DNA of 63,999 nucleotides, counting the filler, from Stramenopiles sp. TOSAG23-3 (Eukaryota): NCBI GenBank assembly GCA_900128585.1. It is 3 parts of 3 records of this genome, joined end to end, with 100 filler letters (N's around TTAATTAATTAA, not from the genome) between each part and the next. Parts side by side here need not be neighbours in the genome. Positions count along the whole stretch, not along the records: positions 21,560 to 42,985 come from LT642357.1; 2 more parts are not named here. One strand, written 5' to 3'. Each line of letters starts with the position of its first letter. Within the stretch, counting starts at the first letter, position 1. The notes beneath the pieces were generated by a model that was not told the DNA's origin, ran no database searches, and saw only the letters and a program-made list of their open reading frames with translations. Positions 24,801-36,500 of the stretch are shown here, one piece after another. Made by a program: the position numbers and the translations under genes.

Positions 24801-27800
24801 GGATTTATTGAGGAAGACGGTAGAAACGAAAACTACATGTTGGAATGGATTTCTGGTCCTGGTTGGACAGTAGGGGGAGTTTCTGGAATAGCTACAGACG
24901 AAAGCATTGCACACGTATTTTGCCAACGAGCACGTTTATACGCTTGCCAGGGAAGAATCAATCTGTCTAAACGAGATTTAAAGCGCGCTGAAGAGTTTGA
25001 TTCGAATCACTTGGAAATCTTTTTATATCGTAGCGCGTTGACGCACCCTGAGGGCTTGCTAAGCGAAGCAGAGCGTTTTGGCCTAGACAAAGGTATTCGG
25101 GCGGAGGATGCGTACACGGAACGCGAGTTTCATGGGAAGCACAGTCTTGATGAGGAGACGAGCGAGGACAGTAAAGCTTTGTTAAATGGTCCGGAAGAAT
25201 CTTGTATTGAAGATTTGAGCCGGTGCTTGGACTTGTTTCCGGATAGTTTTGATGCCCTGGTATTACGGGCCTCTATTTACACACGAGAGAAAATGCACGC
25301 AGCTGCACTGCATGATTTGCATTCTGCAAGTGTGATAGACCCAGATTGTATCAGTATATATTTTGAAATTGCTCGTTTAAATTTACAGCATTTTCACGAC
25401 TACCACAGCGCTTTAGATGCCGCCCAAGGCGCATTCCAGTGCTATCCCGTGGGAGAAGATCGAAAAACTGCTCTGTTTCTTCGTTCCGAAGCATACTTGC
25501 GCAGTGGTCATACAGATGAAGCCATTTCTGACTACTCTCGATTAATTCGTGATGACCCCGGTGATCCTTGGCCTTACTTGTTTCGGGCCATTTGCCTATC
25601 ACGAACCAACCGAGGGCGCCTAGCACTCTATTCCTTCATTGCCGCCCTGAAATTGTTCCCATTTTCGAGAGGAACCGAAGCGAGAATAGGAGAGGCTCAG
25701 ATTATACTAAGTGAGTACGCAGAAGCGGTTAGTACTCTTAAACATGCGGTCAAGAACTCACATGACGTGCACAACTTATGTCTTCTTGGAGAGGCTTTAT
25801 TAGGAGCTGGGGACATGCCTGGTGCAGTTCAAGTTCTCCAGCAAGCAATATCCGAGAATCCAAACAGCACCTTGGGGTATAATTATCTGGGAAAATGTAT
25901 GATGAAAATGAAAAACTACGAAAGCGCATTGTCCTACTTTGATTCCGCAATTGATCTGGACCCTCGCGACCCCGCTTCGTACAACAATAGGGGGTTATGC
26001 AAGACTATGCTAAAAATTGAAATGATGGAAGCGGAAGAATTGGAAGAAAGCAAACGAGTTTCTACTAATTCAAACGCTGTATTTGTCGAAGATGCTCCCG
26101 GCGCGTCCAATTCCAAGAAGTCCCGCAAGAAGAAGAAAAAGAAGAAAAGAGGGCGGCGTCGTAAAAAAGCTAAGCCTATTTGGAGGGACGTAGACGATAA
26201 GACTCTGGCTACGAGGTACGAAATGCTAGTCGGTCTCGACGATTTTAACAAGAGCTTGTCTCTGGATAAAAAGTGCGTGGAAGCACGATTAAACCGAGCC
26301 GAGATGTATTTAATTGCAAACCGTTTCAACAAAGCGCTAGAAGACTTGGACCTGGTTATCAAGTACGACCCAAGCAACGTTCGCGCACTAATTAACCGTG
26401 GGGTACTGCATTGCAACTGTAAAAGGTATGGGGCCGCTATTCGAGACTTTGATGATTCTTTGGTAATAAACGAGGACAGTCCGTTATGTTACTTTAACCG
26501 TGGTATTGCGTACAGCCATTTTGGTGATTTTCAACAAGCATATTCGGATTATACTAACGCTCTTGAGCTTGCACCTGAAGCGATTGCTGCTTTGCGAAAT
26601 CGTGGGTTACTTCAGTTGCAAGATGGCAAGTTTAAGGAAGCTTTGCAAGATTTAAACCAAGTAATGAAGGCTGTCCGGGACACTCATCTTGAAACAAGTC
26701 ACGCAGATCTTATCAGCGCAGTTGCCCATTGTGAGCTTCACGCCAACAGACTCTTTCCAAATGCGCTAGACGCTTTTCACACAGCAATAGAGGCAAACCC
26801 ACGAGCAGTCGAAGCCTATATTGGTCGTGGTAATGTCTACTTGCGCCTTGCATTAAGGGATGAGCCCCTTCCGCAAAACCTTAACTTAGCAGTGCCCGCA
26901 GTACCATTTTTAGATAGCACACTGAATGCGATAGAAGGCGACCAAAGATTTATGTCAGAGAAAAAGAGAAGCGAAGTTGCTTGCAACGCACAAATAGCAT
27001 CGATGGCAGCAAGAAGTCAAGCATTTAGATATTGGGGGAAGCACGCCCAGAAAGATTTTTCTCACGCCCTTCGTCTTAATCCAAAACAAGTTGAGGCACG
27101 AGCGAACCTGGGTTTTTTGCTGTGCGTTCAAGGAAAGTTTGAAGCGGCCCTTAGGATATTTAATGGGGCTTTGAACTTGTTTCCTCACCACAGAAAGGCG
27201 CTCGAGGGCAGAGCATTAGTTCACATGCATTTGCATAGATACCGTGAGTCCTTGGAGGATATCAATGCTGCTTTAGAAGACTTTGATTATCAAGGACCAA
27301 TAGGGAATATTATGGATATGATTCGGGTAAAAAATGCTATGGACAAGAGCAAAGAAACGTACCGTGCAAGCACCGAAGAAGAAGACATTGCTGTAACAAA
27401 CGATAATCGCAGACGTACTTTGAACAGCATTAAGAGGGAATGTGAATGCCTGGTAAGCCGGGCGGTAATTAAACTCAACTCTGGTAAACTGTGGGCAGAA
27501 GCATCTGTGCTAGCATGCAACGATTTGTTAGCTGCGATTAACAAGGGAGAGAAGCACAATGTTCCGTGTCCCTCTGCATATTATAATTATGGAACGATCC
27601 TTCTTCGGCACAATAAGATTGAAGAATGCATCAGCATGATGAACAAATGTATTGAAAATTCAAGCGATCCATTTTATTTGGCTCACATAAATCGTGGCAT
27701 TGCTTACGCGATCCAGGACAAAGGACACGAGGCACTTGAAGATTTTGACTACGTTATTTCCAAACAGCCGTCGAATATTCATGTTCTGTACAACCGTGCA

Positions 27801-27989
27801 GTCTTAAGGAAACGGACGAAAAATTATTCTCAGGCTACAGCTGATTTAAATCGTGCTATAATGTATGCTCCAGACGATGCTCAAATGTACGTGGAACGAG
27901 GTCGGGTTCGAGCAGCCCAGAAAAAGGTAGAAGCAGCAATGAAGGATTTTGCGATAGCACTTCAGTTAGACGAAACGGTCAAGTTGTGA
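21869..27989 (+). CDS. Large TPR-repeat protein, probably one gene split into ORFs 21869-22981 and 22995-27989
   Basis: Many TPR motifs (e.g. ASYNNRGLCK, ARLNRAEMY, CYFNRGIAYSHFGDFQQAYSDYTNALEL). The second ORF is called from a TTG and its frame is open back to 22935, overlapping the first. A candidate intron at 22823-22973 joins them in frame. Confidence 0.75.
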
Positions 27990-28367
27990 ATTTCGTTTTT
28001 TAAATATTTCTTAATACGAAGGTAAATAAAACCAAAAATATAGGGCTGTTATTTAGATATTATCTCTAAAGTTTTAGATAAATTAAAAACAAGAAAATTG
28101 GCTGTTATTTAAGTAATTAAAATCAACCCGAACTAAATCTACTAAATCTTAGATAAATTTAAATACCTAAATACCCGCTTCATTATTTAAAAAAAAAAAC
28201 GAATTGATTATGTATACTGAAATTTCCAAATTCACCCTTCCTCGCAATGCAATTTGTTTTTGTCCACTAAAGTTTTACTTCCTTCTTAAAAACAAAAAAT
28301 TGGCTGTTATCTTCCTTCTTATTCGTAAAGATAACTTTCAAATGCTTTATGGATTTATTATCAAGTT

Positions 28368-29210
28368 CTACCGTTCCTCAACCCCTGTTATTCCATGTTT
28401 GTTCAGAAAATTGTACAAGGTCCCAAAATACCGCTCAGGATCTTGCCTTCCATGCTGTATATGAGCAGTAGTGTCCCACACACACTCTTCTACTTCAATT
28501 CCTCGCTGCTTCCATTTCCCGACGACTGTTTCGCAATCACGGTGATTGGCTACATTGTCACTTAAGCTATAGAACCAAAGCGACGGGGCTGGCAGAATAT
28601 TGTTGTGAAAGGCTTCACTGGACGCTCGGTATTCTACACCTGCTGTATTTTCAGTTATTGTTAAATACGCATCTAGCGTTTTACGGATACTAGCGTGCAG
28701 GAAAACTTGCATCCCCTTTGGTTCTGGAAAAACGTGAGAGGCCAAGCCTACTGGGATGCCACGAATATCTGGAGGACTATCATAAATTTGAACCTTGATT
28801 TTTTCGTCAATTAAATGTCCGTACTTTTCTCTGTCAGATGCCATTATTCTGAGTGCTTGGCCACACAGAAACCCCCCCACAGAGAAGTGGTGAAGTATAA
28901 TATCCTTTGGATTCTGCGACACGGTCGTGTCCAGAACCTTCTGCATATGCGAAGACGCGGACTTGGGATTTAATACATGTTTCGGTCCTACAGAATACGA
29001 CAGCGTGTCTATTCCATGTTTATGATACCATGCCAAGTAGGTTTTCATTTGCCGTTGTGTTGCTGCCATCCAACCACACACAAGAGCAATCGGTTTAGGA
29101 TCTCCTTCGCTACTAACTTTACGCAAAATTATCCCGTCCCCAAAATCGACTTTCGAGCGAACTGTAGAAAAACGCCGCTGAGAGCATCGCCCAACTCTCA
29201 AAAGTAACAT
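28368..29210 (-). CDS. TMEM53/DUF829-like alpha/beta-hydrolase-fold protein, likely mitochondrial
   Basis: ALVCGWMAA, IILHHFSVGG, QIYDSPPD, PSLWFYSLSDNV, WDTTAHIQH...PERY. Presequence-like N-terminus MLLLRVGRCSQRRFST. Confidence 0.8.
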   Translation of the reverse strand: MLLLRVGRCSQRRFSTVRSKVDFGDGIILRKVSSEGDPKPIALVCGWMAATQRQMKTYLAWYHKHGIDTLSYSVGPKHVLNPKSASSHMQKVLDTTVSQNPKDIILHHFSVGGFLCGQALRIMASDREKYGHLIDEKIKVQIYDSPPDIRGIPVGLASHVFPEPKGMQVFLHASIRKTLDAYLTITENTAGVEYRASSEAFHNNILPAPSLWFYSLSDNVANHRDCETVVGKWKQRGIEVEECVWDTTAHIQHGRQDPERYFGTLYNFLNKHGITGVEER

Positions 29211-29845
29211 ATTCTCTGTTGTTGAACTTAAAAAACTAAGAGTCGTATTATTTACTTATAGATATAATTTTCGACATTAAAATAATTGGTTTTAATTGAA
29301 GTTTGACTTAATTAACGTACATGTCAACGTAAAATTCAAAAACAAGAACAGTTTGAATCCATTTGCTCGTTCTTGTAATAGAAGATACAATAATATTAAT
29401 AATCAAAATAGAAGAAACTTGTTGAAGTTGATCAATATAGTATTTTTTATTAGACGACTACGAGTGATGATATGTATTGTAATATAATAGCTAGGCTAGA
29501 AAATAAAAAAAATACGACGATAATAGAGAGGAGATGACGTCATGAGATAAGGTTCGATGATGATGATATGATGTGGAGAGCTCAAGACGAACGAAGACGA
29601 ATTTTCTTCTAATAATATTTAAAAAAATGTTTTTAGATAAAAAAATAATATCAATATCTTTTTTTTCGCTCCTCCTCTAGTCTCTAGTACGAGGACTTAC
29701 CGAAAAAAAAAAAAGAAGAAGGCAACCTGAAAAAAAACTAAGAAAAATTGAAAATGAGATTATTAATTATCTTTTAGTCGTCTTCCTGTGCTACGTATTG
29801 TATACACAAGGACAGTAAATGTTATTCATGTATTGCACTAGACGA

Positions 29846-31549
29846 CTACTTTTTCTTCTTTTCCCCCCCTTTCCCTTTCTTCTTTTCGTTCTTCCCACCT
29901 CCACCGCGAGGCTTTTTCGCGGCCGCTTTTGTCTTTTTATCTTTTGTACCTTTTTTCCCCTTCTCCTTCTTCCCAGATTTTTTGGCAGAGCCTTTCTTGC
30001 TCTTCTTTTTTGAGGCCGACTTACCCCTTTTTTTGCTGCTTTTTCGAGACGATTTTTTAGAACTTTTCCTGGAGCTCTTTCTCGAGCTTTTCTGGCTACT
30101 ACCACCTCTAAGATCGCCTTCCATAGTATCTTCTAATTGCATCATTTCCCATTCCTTCATTCGTTTCGACTTTATTTTAGACATTCCTAATTTCAAATTT
30201 CTCTGGAGGACAGTGGCGGACTGAAACTGATTTCTCAGAATAAGGCCATAAATCTTCTTTCGTGCAAGATAGGGCCTTTCGTTAAGTGTAACGTAGTCAA
30301 GGAATACAGACAGACTAGGTCGATCAATGACAGCCTCAGCCAATAAATCGAAGCCTAGATTGGTCATGTCTGGGTTGTTAAGAACCTTTAAGGACGACAG
30401 GGAGGAAAACGTACCGCTCTGGGAGTTTTTATATTCTTCAACGCCCTCCACCTTTGTTTCCCAAATTCGCTGAGTGTGAATCGCGTGTGCCAACGCCCTC
30501 GCGCCCTTGAGGCAAATGTTGTTCGAGGAAATGTCCAACAATTCCAAGGCTGGGTGACTTTGCAAAACACTGATCAACGTAATCACCCCTTCTGATTGTA
30601 AGTTGTTTTTTGCACAAACCAGAAACTTTAAGCAGGGCACAGACGTCTCATTAACCGCAGCATTATCAGCGCTTTCACTGGATTTAAATGTGTATGGAAA
30701 GGCACAAATTCCTGCTGCTATTGATTTGGCAGATTCTGGACCCAGTGTATTCCCAGATAAATCTATTTTTGTAAGTGTAGGAATGGTGAACAGCGCGTTC
30801 AATGGATCTGCCGGAAGTTTTATACGTTCACCATGTGCTGTTCCTTCTTCTGCGTATTTTCCTTCATACTTTTTTGCCTCCTCTTCCCCCTCAAGGCTTT
30901 CCTCTTTCCCTTCTATACCACTTGCAAACAAGGCTTCCATAGAAGGGTCATCCATGTACTGCGCCTGAGGTGGTGGAGTGTAAAATTCGGGGTACGCTGC
31001 CCTGCCGTCTTTTCCAGACCCGGGCCTACTCCTTGATTTTCCCGAAGCAGGCCTGCTTCCTGGCTTGCTACTTTTGGCTGAAGCAACCGTTGCAAACTTT
31101 CCAAGTGAATTGTACGACAAATCTAATACATCTATACCCTTACTTTTTGACAATATGACAGATGCAATGAACCGTCGAGTATCTAATATTCGTTGTCCCC
31201 CAAAAGATATTTCCCGCAAACCTTGCCAGTGAGCCATTGATGGGATGGCAATTTCAATTATGCCGTCCTTAATTTGCCTTAAATTATGGTAGGATAAATT
31301 CAACACGCTCCTTGGCCCATGGTTCAACTCTTTTGAGAGAGGGTTTTCTTCCTGCTTCTCAGGAGTTTTACCCCTAGACCGTGACCTACTTCTGGATTTT
31401 GACTTCCCGCGGGACCTACCTCTTTTACTGCTTTTAGAACGGGACCGTCGCGAACTTTTGCTACCTGACTTACTACTGCCTTTTGAAGACCCCGAGCGCT
31501 TTCCGCCTTTCTTCTTCTTTCCACTACCTTTCTTCTTCTTCTTTGGCAT
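29846..31549 (-). CDS. RNI-like leucine-rich repeat protein with basic K/R/S-rich termini
   Basis: LRR motifs LNLSYHNL, LDLSYNSLG, LTKIDLSGNTLGPESAKSIA, LELLDISSNNICLKGARALA. The likely ATG is at 31549 (MPKKKK). Confidence 0.8.
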   Translation of the reverse strand: MPKKKKKGSGKKKKGGKRSGSSKGSSKSGSKSSRRSRSKSSKRGRSRGKSKSRSRSRSRGKTPEKQEENPLSKELNHGPRSVLNLSYHNLRQIKDGIIEIAIPSMAHWQGLREISFGGQRILDTRRFIASVILSKSKGIDVLDLSYNSLGKFATVASAKSSKPGSRPASGKSRSRPGSGKDGRAAYPEFYTPPPQAQYMDDPSMEALFASGIEGKEESLEGEEEAKKYEGKYAEEGTAHGERIKLPADPLNALFTIPTLTKIDLSGNTLGPESAKSIAAGICAFPYTFKSSESADNAAVNETSVPCLKFLVCAKNNLQSEGVITLISVLQSHPALELLDISSNNICLKGARALAHAIHTQRIWETKVEGVEEYKNSQSGTFSSLSSLKVLNNPDMTNLGFDLLAEAVIDRPSLSVFLDYVTLNERPYLARKKIYGLILRNQFQSATVLQRNLKLGMSKIKSKRMKEWEMMQLEDTMEGDLRGGSSQKSSRKSSRKSSKKSSRKSSKKRGKSASKKKSKKGSAKKSGKKEKGKKGTKDKKTKAAAKKPRGGGGKNEKKKGKGGEKKKK

Positions 31550-32315
31550 ATCGCAGATTAATTGAACAGCTCTGAACGCAAAGAATTGACATTCCACCAG
31601 ATCAACAAAGCCGGGTTTTCAAATAATATAAATCAAATGATTTGAGAACATTCGCTTCATTTCTATATCATACAATTTAACGATTTTATCGACAAACTTT
31701 GTGGATTACACGGTATTCCGTGATACCTACAACAACAGAAGGAAAATGTGTTTAGTCCGTCTACGTATTTTATTTATAACCGTTTTTCTCATATAATTAG
31801 TCGTCTAGTGTACATTAAGCTAATAGCGAGTTAGTATTAAGAGATAATAATAATAATTCCAGTACCGTACAAATACTATTTCTATTCTGTACCGTTTTGT
31901 TCATGTTATTGCTATATATTTTTACATTACAATATATCTATAACGAACATTTGGATTATTATATTATGTACGTATGTGTATATCGATCGATACACGACTA
32001 ATAATATTACGACATAATAGTCTAATAATAATTAATTCATATGATGATGAGATGAGGAGGTCAGTTTTTCTTCTTAATGAGTTAGGAGTGTGTGTATATT
32101 AGTTGTTACAATTTTTTTCCAAAAAATATACAACGTATTCGTATCTCATACGGTCTTCTCTTTGAAATAATTGAAAGTGACCAGAATCAGGCCTTTTATT
32201 TCAGACCACCAGCTTCCGTATTTTGCATTAGTTTTTCTTTCCTTTTATTTAGAAAAAGATAGAACTACACTAGGAATCTGCAGAAGAAGATGGGACTGAG
32301 TAAATTGACCCGACA

Positions 32316-33131
32316 ATGAGCAAAGAAAACCCGGACGCTAATATTCAAGATGCCTTGACACGTCAAAAAAAGGAAGACCTTCGCTTGATATCGGATGCAG
32401 CTGGCACAAAATATGCGTACCGATTGAAAGCGCATGCATATGTGGCATTCAAAAAATCCAGGAAACTCAGATCATTTTTAGAAAAGGTTAAGAAAAATAA
32501 GAAAAACGCGAAATCAAAACGGTTTGATATAAATGTTCAACTGGAACCTGATGGCGAAACACTTTTGCACTGGTGTGTTCGCTGGAACAGGCATAAGGTG
32601 ATTCCTTTCCTCCTAGAGCACGGAATTGACCGTAGTGTAAAGAACGATGCAGGGTGGACGGCGCTAGACTATGCCAAGAAACTTCACAATGTTCATATCT
32701 CTGGGCGATTAAAATGTACTGATGCGCTTAGGGTGGAGTCAACATATGAATTTAGAATCCGATGGCATAGGAACTTGAGATCCGTTTTGTTCCCCCTTTT
32801 CAATTGTCATTTCACTTTAGTTGCTTTTGTAAATGTAGATGATATAGCAACGTATTTGGCGACTGGTGCTTCAGAGGCAGCTTATTCAATAGTTTGTGCA
32901 GCCGCAATAACGCACCCATTATTACTCTTCAGGTACGACGAACAGCCCTCTTTTTACAAGCACGTTTACGTATGTTATGGACTGTATTCTCTGGTGCACA
33001 AGCATGTGCTTCGTTTGGCGCCTTTTCTCGTTGGCTTTGGATCTTTGGCAATTCTTTTTGTCTTAGGGGCCATGGCAGAGCTTTTAGGGAGCAGATTTTG
33101 GTTTCGAAGAAAGCGGACGAAAACGTCGTAA
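32316..33131 (+). CDS. Ankyrin-repeat membrane protein
   Basis: Ankyrin pair DINVQLEPDGETLLHWCVRWNRHKVIPFLLEHGIDRSVKNDAGWTALDYA, with hydrophobic C-terminal segments. Confidence 0.8.
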   Translation: MSKENPDANIQDALTRQKKEDLRLISDAAGTKYAYRLKAHAYVAFKKSRKLRSFLEKVKKNKKNAKSKRFDINVQLEPDGETLLHWCVRWNRHKVIPFLLEHGIDRSVKNDAGWTALDYAKKLHNVHISGRLKCTDALRVESTYEFRIRWHRNLRSVLFPLFNCHFTLVAFVNVDDIATYLATGASEAAYSIVCAAAITHPLLLFRYDEQPSFYKHVYVCYGLYSLVHKHVLRLAPFLVGFGSLAILFVLGAMAELLGSRFWFRRKRTKTS

Positions 33132-33176
33132 CAAGAAAATATTCTTTTTTATAAGTATTTTTAACTGATTTACATG

Positions 33177-33442
33177 GCAGACAACGAGCACCTCTAAAAC
33201 AATTACGCCGCTGCTTTGAAAATCACACAAGGAATGAGTCATCTACAGATCATAAATGGTCGGAGAATGATAGTCAAGACTAAGTGTCAAAGGGTAATAT
33301 TGATTTAGTAAAACCAAAAGAGCAACGAGATAAGTTCGCAGTTCCCTGAAGGAATGTAAACCTAGAATGTCTAAATCTAGATTCAGTTCGCAGTACATTA
33401 ATTTTAATTACTTTTAAATAACAGCCAATTTTCTTGCTTTTT
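33177..33442. repeat. Composite dispersed repeat (family A segments)
   Basis: Shares GAGATAAGTTCGCAGT..TGAAGGAATGTAAACCTA with 4745-4780 and ACGAGCACCTC.AAAACAATTA.GCCGCTGCTT with 40722-40754, and ends in the reverse 25-bp motif. Confidence 0.75.
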
Positions 33443-33525
33443 TCAAGTATTTTTTAAAAACAAACTGGAACTTTACTGGACAACAGTCTCTCGCACAGTT
33501 CTCTCTATTCTACGGGCACGCTACT

Positions 33526-36500
33526 TCAAAAAGAATTTTGTTTTAGTAGGTTACGTTTAGATTCTCTTCGTTTGAAAGACAAGTGCATACCCGACGGTAC
33601 GGAGAGTGCGGAGACGAGAGAATTTTCCTTACTAGAAATGCTCTCCACTATTTCTTCAGGGCCAATCATTTCTAATGTAGTGATCAGCTCATCAAACGTT
33701 ACTTTATGGTCTACCAATTCAATATCGGCATCAAATATCATTTCCTCTGCTAACTGTTCGTTTACTGTAATCCCGTGCCTTCCTCCATACCGTTGCACAG
33801 ATTCAATTAGGGCCTCTTTTGTGATGACTTGCTTCGCCAACTCTTCCGGGTTCATACTCATAGGCTCTTTACAATTGCATAGCTTCCCAAAGTCTACTTC
33901 CATTTCGCTGTCAAGTTTCTCTAAGTGCAAATAAGTCGCAACAACTGACACAAGTGCTTCAAACGAAATATTCCCCTCGCGGTTGACGTCCCATTCGTTC
34001 ATGATACAATCTAGTTCAGAATCGTCCTCCTCATGACCAAGATCTTTCATTAGCTCTTGTAACGCCTTTTTTGTGAGCACTTTCTTACCGTCTTTTTCTA
34101 AGGCATACTGCTTAAAAATTTTGTGCAGACTGGCTATTTCTACCTCTTTCAGATTCGCCAGCGTTAGCTTCTCAACCATCTTTAAGAACATATCGATACC
34201 TATTTTTTCGGACTTCTTATTTTGTGGTTTCTCCTCGCTCAAAAGTGTATGTAAATTACGAACTTCTTGAATTGTTGGAAATATGCCCAAGTCCATAATT
34301 GCCTTTTGGGTAAGACCAAGCGAAATTCTGCCGTCAGACTTTAGGTTAGCGCTTGGGGACTTAAGGTTAGCATCAAAGACTGCTTCACTTTGATCATTTA
34401 AATGAAATTCAAACCATTTTTTGGCCTTTTTTTCTTGCATTTGCGAAAGGTGCGGGTTACACTCTCCCCATTCTGCCGATTTCCCATTTTCCTGATTCAG
34501 AGCTACTTTGAGGTCGCCCGTCGGAAGGCGCTGCAGTTTCAAGTGTCTAAAGTTGTGCACGTGGTGATCAGCATCGTACTGCATCAACGTTTCAACTTGC
34601 TCAGCCTTACCGGAATCATCTCCATGCACCATCCTCCAATCCAGCGCTTGAGTTTGAAAATCTAAGTGCGCTTTTCTGATTTTGCTCAGAACAGTCGATC
34701 CAAGGTTCAGAGTCAGACTGTTATGGAAATCTCCAGCGCTCTCCGTGACACGTGCTGTCTTTTTGCTCGTGGGCTCTTTCCCGTGCTCTAAGCTATGAAG
34801 ATCACGTTCTAACCTCTGCCGCACCGACGAGGAATGGCGGAGTATGTGTTGAGTTACGGCAAGAGCCAAGCGAGGCTCATTTTGTTCCATCAGCTTTAGT
34901 TTTTCTTTAGATATGCACCAAAATGTGCTGTCTTTATCAGCGACGATGGAATGGCTCACCGGTAAGTTTAGGAATATGCAAGCATCATTGACTACGGCCC
35001 CTTTCGAGACAGTTTGTATTCGTTGGACTACTCCACTGTCTTGCGCCGTGTAGGAGGTTACCCTTCCAGTTTGCAAAATGAAAATAGAAGAGTTCATTTC
35101 ACCTTCCTTACACAAGAAGTCCCCCTTCTTTATTTCCTTCAGTTCGGCATATTCCCAAATATTATGGCCTACATTAGACCCTATTGCAATTTCAAACTCT
35201 TGATATTTCTGCTTTTCCAACGATTCTTTGTGTAATTTGATAAAAGAGTCGAACACCAGCCATTTCGATCGCACTCGGGACGCCCGAGTCAATATTTTGT
35301 CTTCAATCAGTTCCATCCCGTAGTCTATGTCAGGTGCTATGAGTATGCCAGCAGCCGACGCTGAGCCACGATGTCTGTGTTCTTTGTTTTCACCACCATC
35401 TTCCATCCCTGGAATAAGTCCGTAACGCATGAACAAAAGGTCCAGCTTGGCAGAGTTTTGGCCCATTTTCGTCAAGCCGGTGTAACAAATACTAATTGCA
35501 CTTCCATCGTGGTTTTGTACGTACCGCTGGACGTCTTTGAGCATCTTTATACCAGACTCATCGACAGATTGCACATGCTCGAAGTCGAACAGAAAGTAGC
35601 GCGTTTGCTCGGGACGCCGACGTTTGCTACTTTCTTCGAGGATCGACTTAACTCTCTCAAATATGGACGCGGCCGAAGCAAAGAAAATGAACCCGTCGAA
35701 CTGCAGTACGCTGACTCTCTGGCCCACACGAGTCAGAAGGGCTTCTTCCCAATAGCTTCGCACAACTTTACTTCGCAGAAGCCGTCCATCGGTGGCATTT
35801 CGTATGACAGTTATTTGCGTTGACTGGAAGACAAATGCAAACACTGAGATGACAATACCCAAAACGACGCCATCGAGCATTGCGTGGGTCATATGCAGCA
35901 CCTGGTCAACAAAGATGACGACCACTAAGATAAAGTAAATAGTGAATATATCTACGTACTTCATCGTGTAGCAAGGCTTGTACAGGTAGTTGTCGATGAA
36001 AGGCATGGCAGCGTAGAAGAGCAAACTGCTGAGCAGAAAGCGGGGCAGAATGTTCAGCAGCGGAACCGCACCACCACACAGCCACATTATCCCGCAGAAT
36101 AGGCCAACTCCGTAGCCCACTCTCGTTTCAAGCTTATTCCCTAAGATTCCGTAACTAAGAATATTGAACTTCACCTGGGGGTAACCTGGAGCTGAAATTC
36201 CAGCAAGTGCAGCGACCACGTTTTCTTTCCCAGTCAACTCTATTTCGTACCGTACGTCGACTTCCATTTCCAGGGCACTTTTGGTAGCAGCCAGTTTCAA
36301 CAACGAATCGACCACAAGAATAATCATCATGACGATCATGTCAGGCAACGATTCTCTGACCGCCCCGAACGCTATTTTATCCTTCTGAAACCACTGCCCA
36401 TAGGACTCCGTGTACAGTTCCCAAAATGGACGGTGAGCAAAGTCAGGAAACATCACACCCCATTCTCTGTAAGTCGTCAGGGGCTCACCGATGGCCAAGA

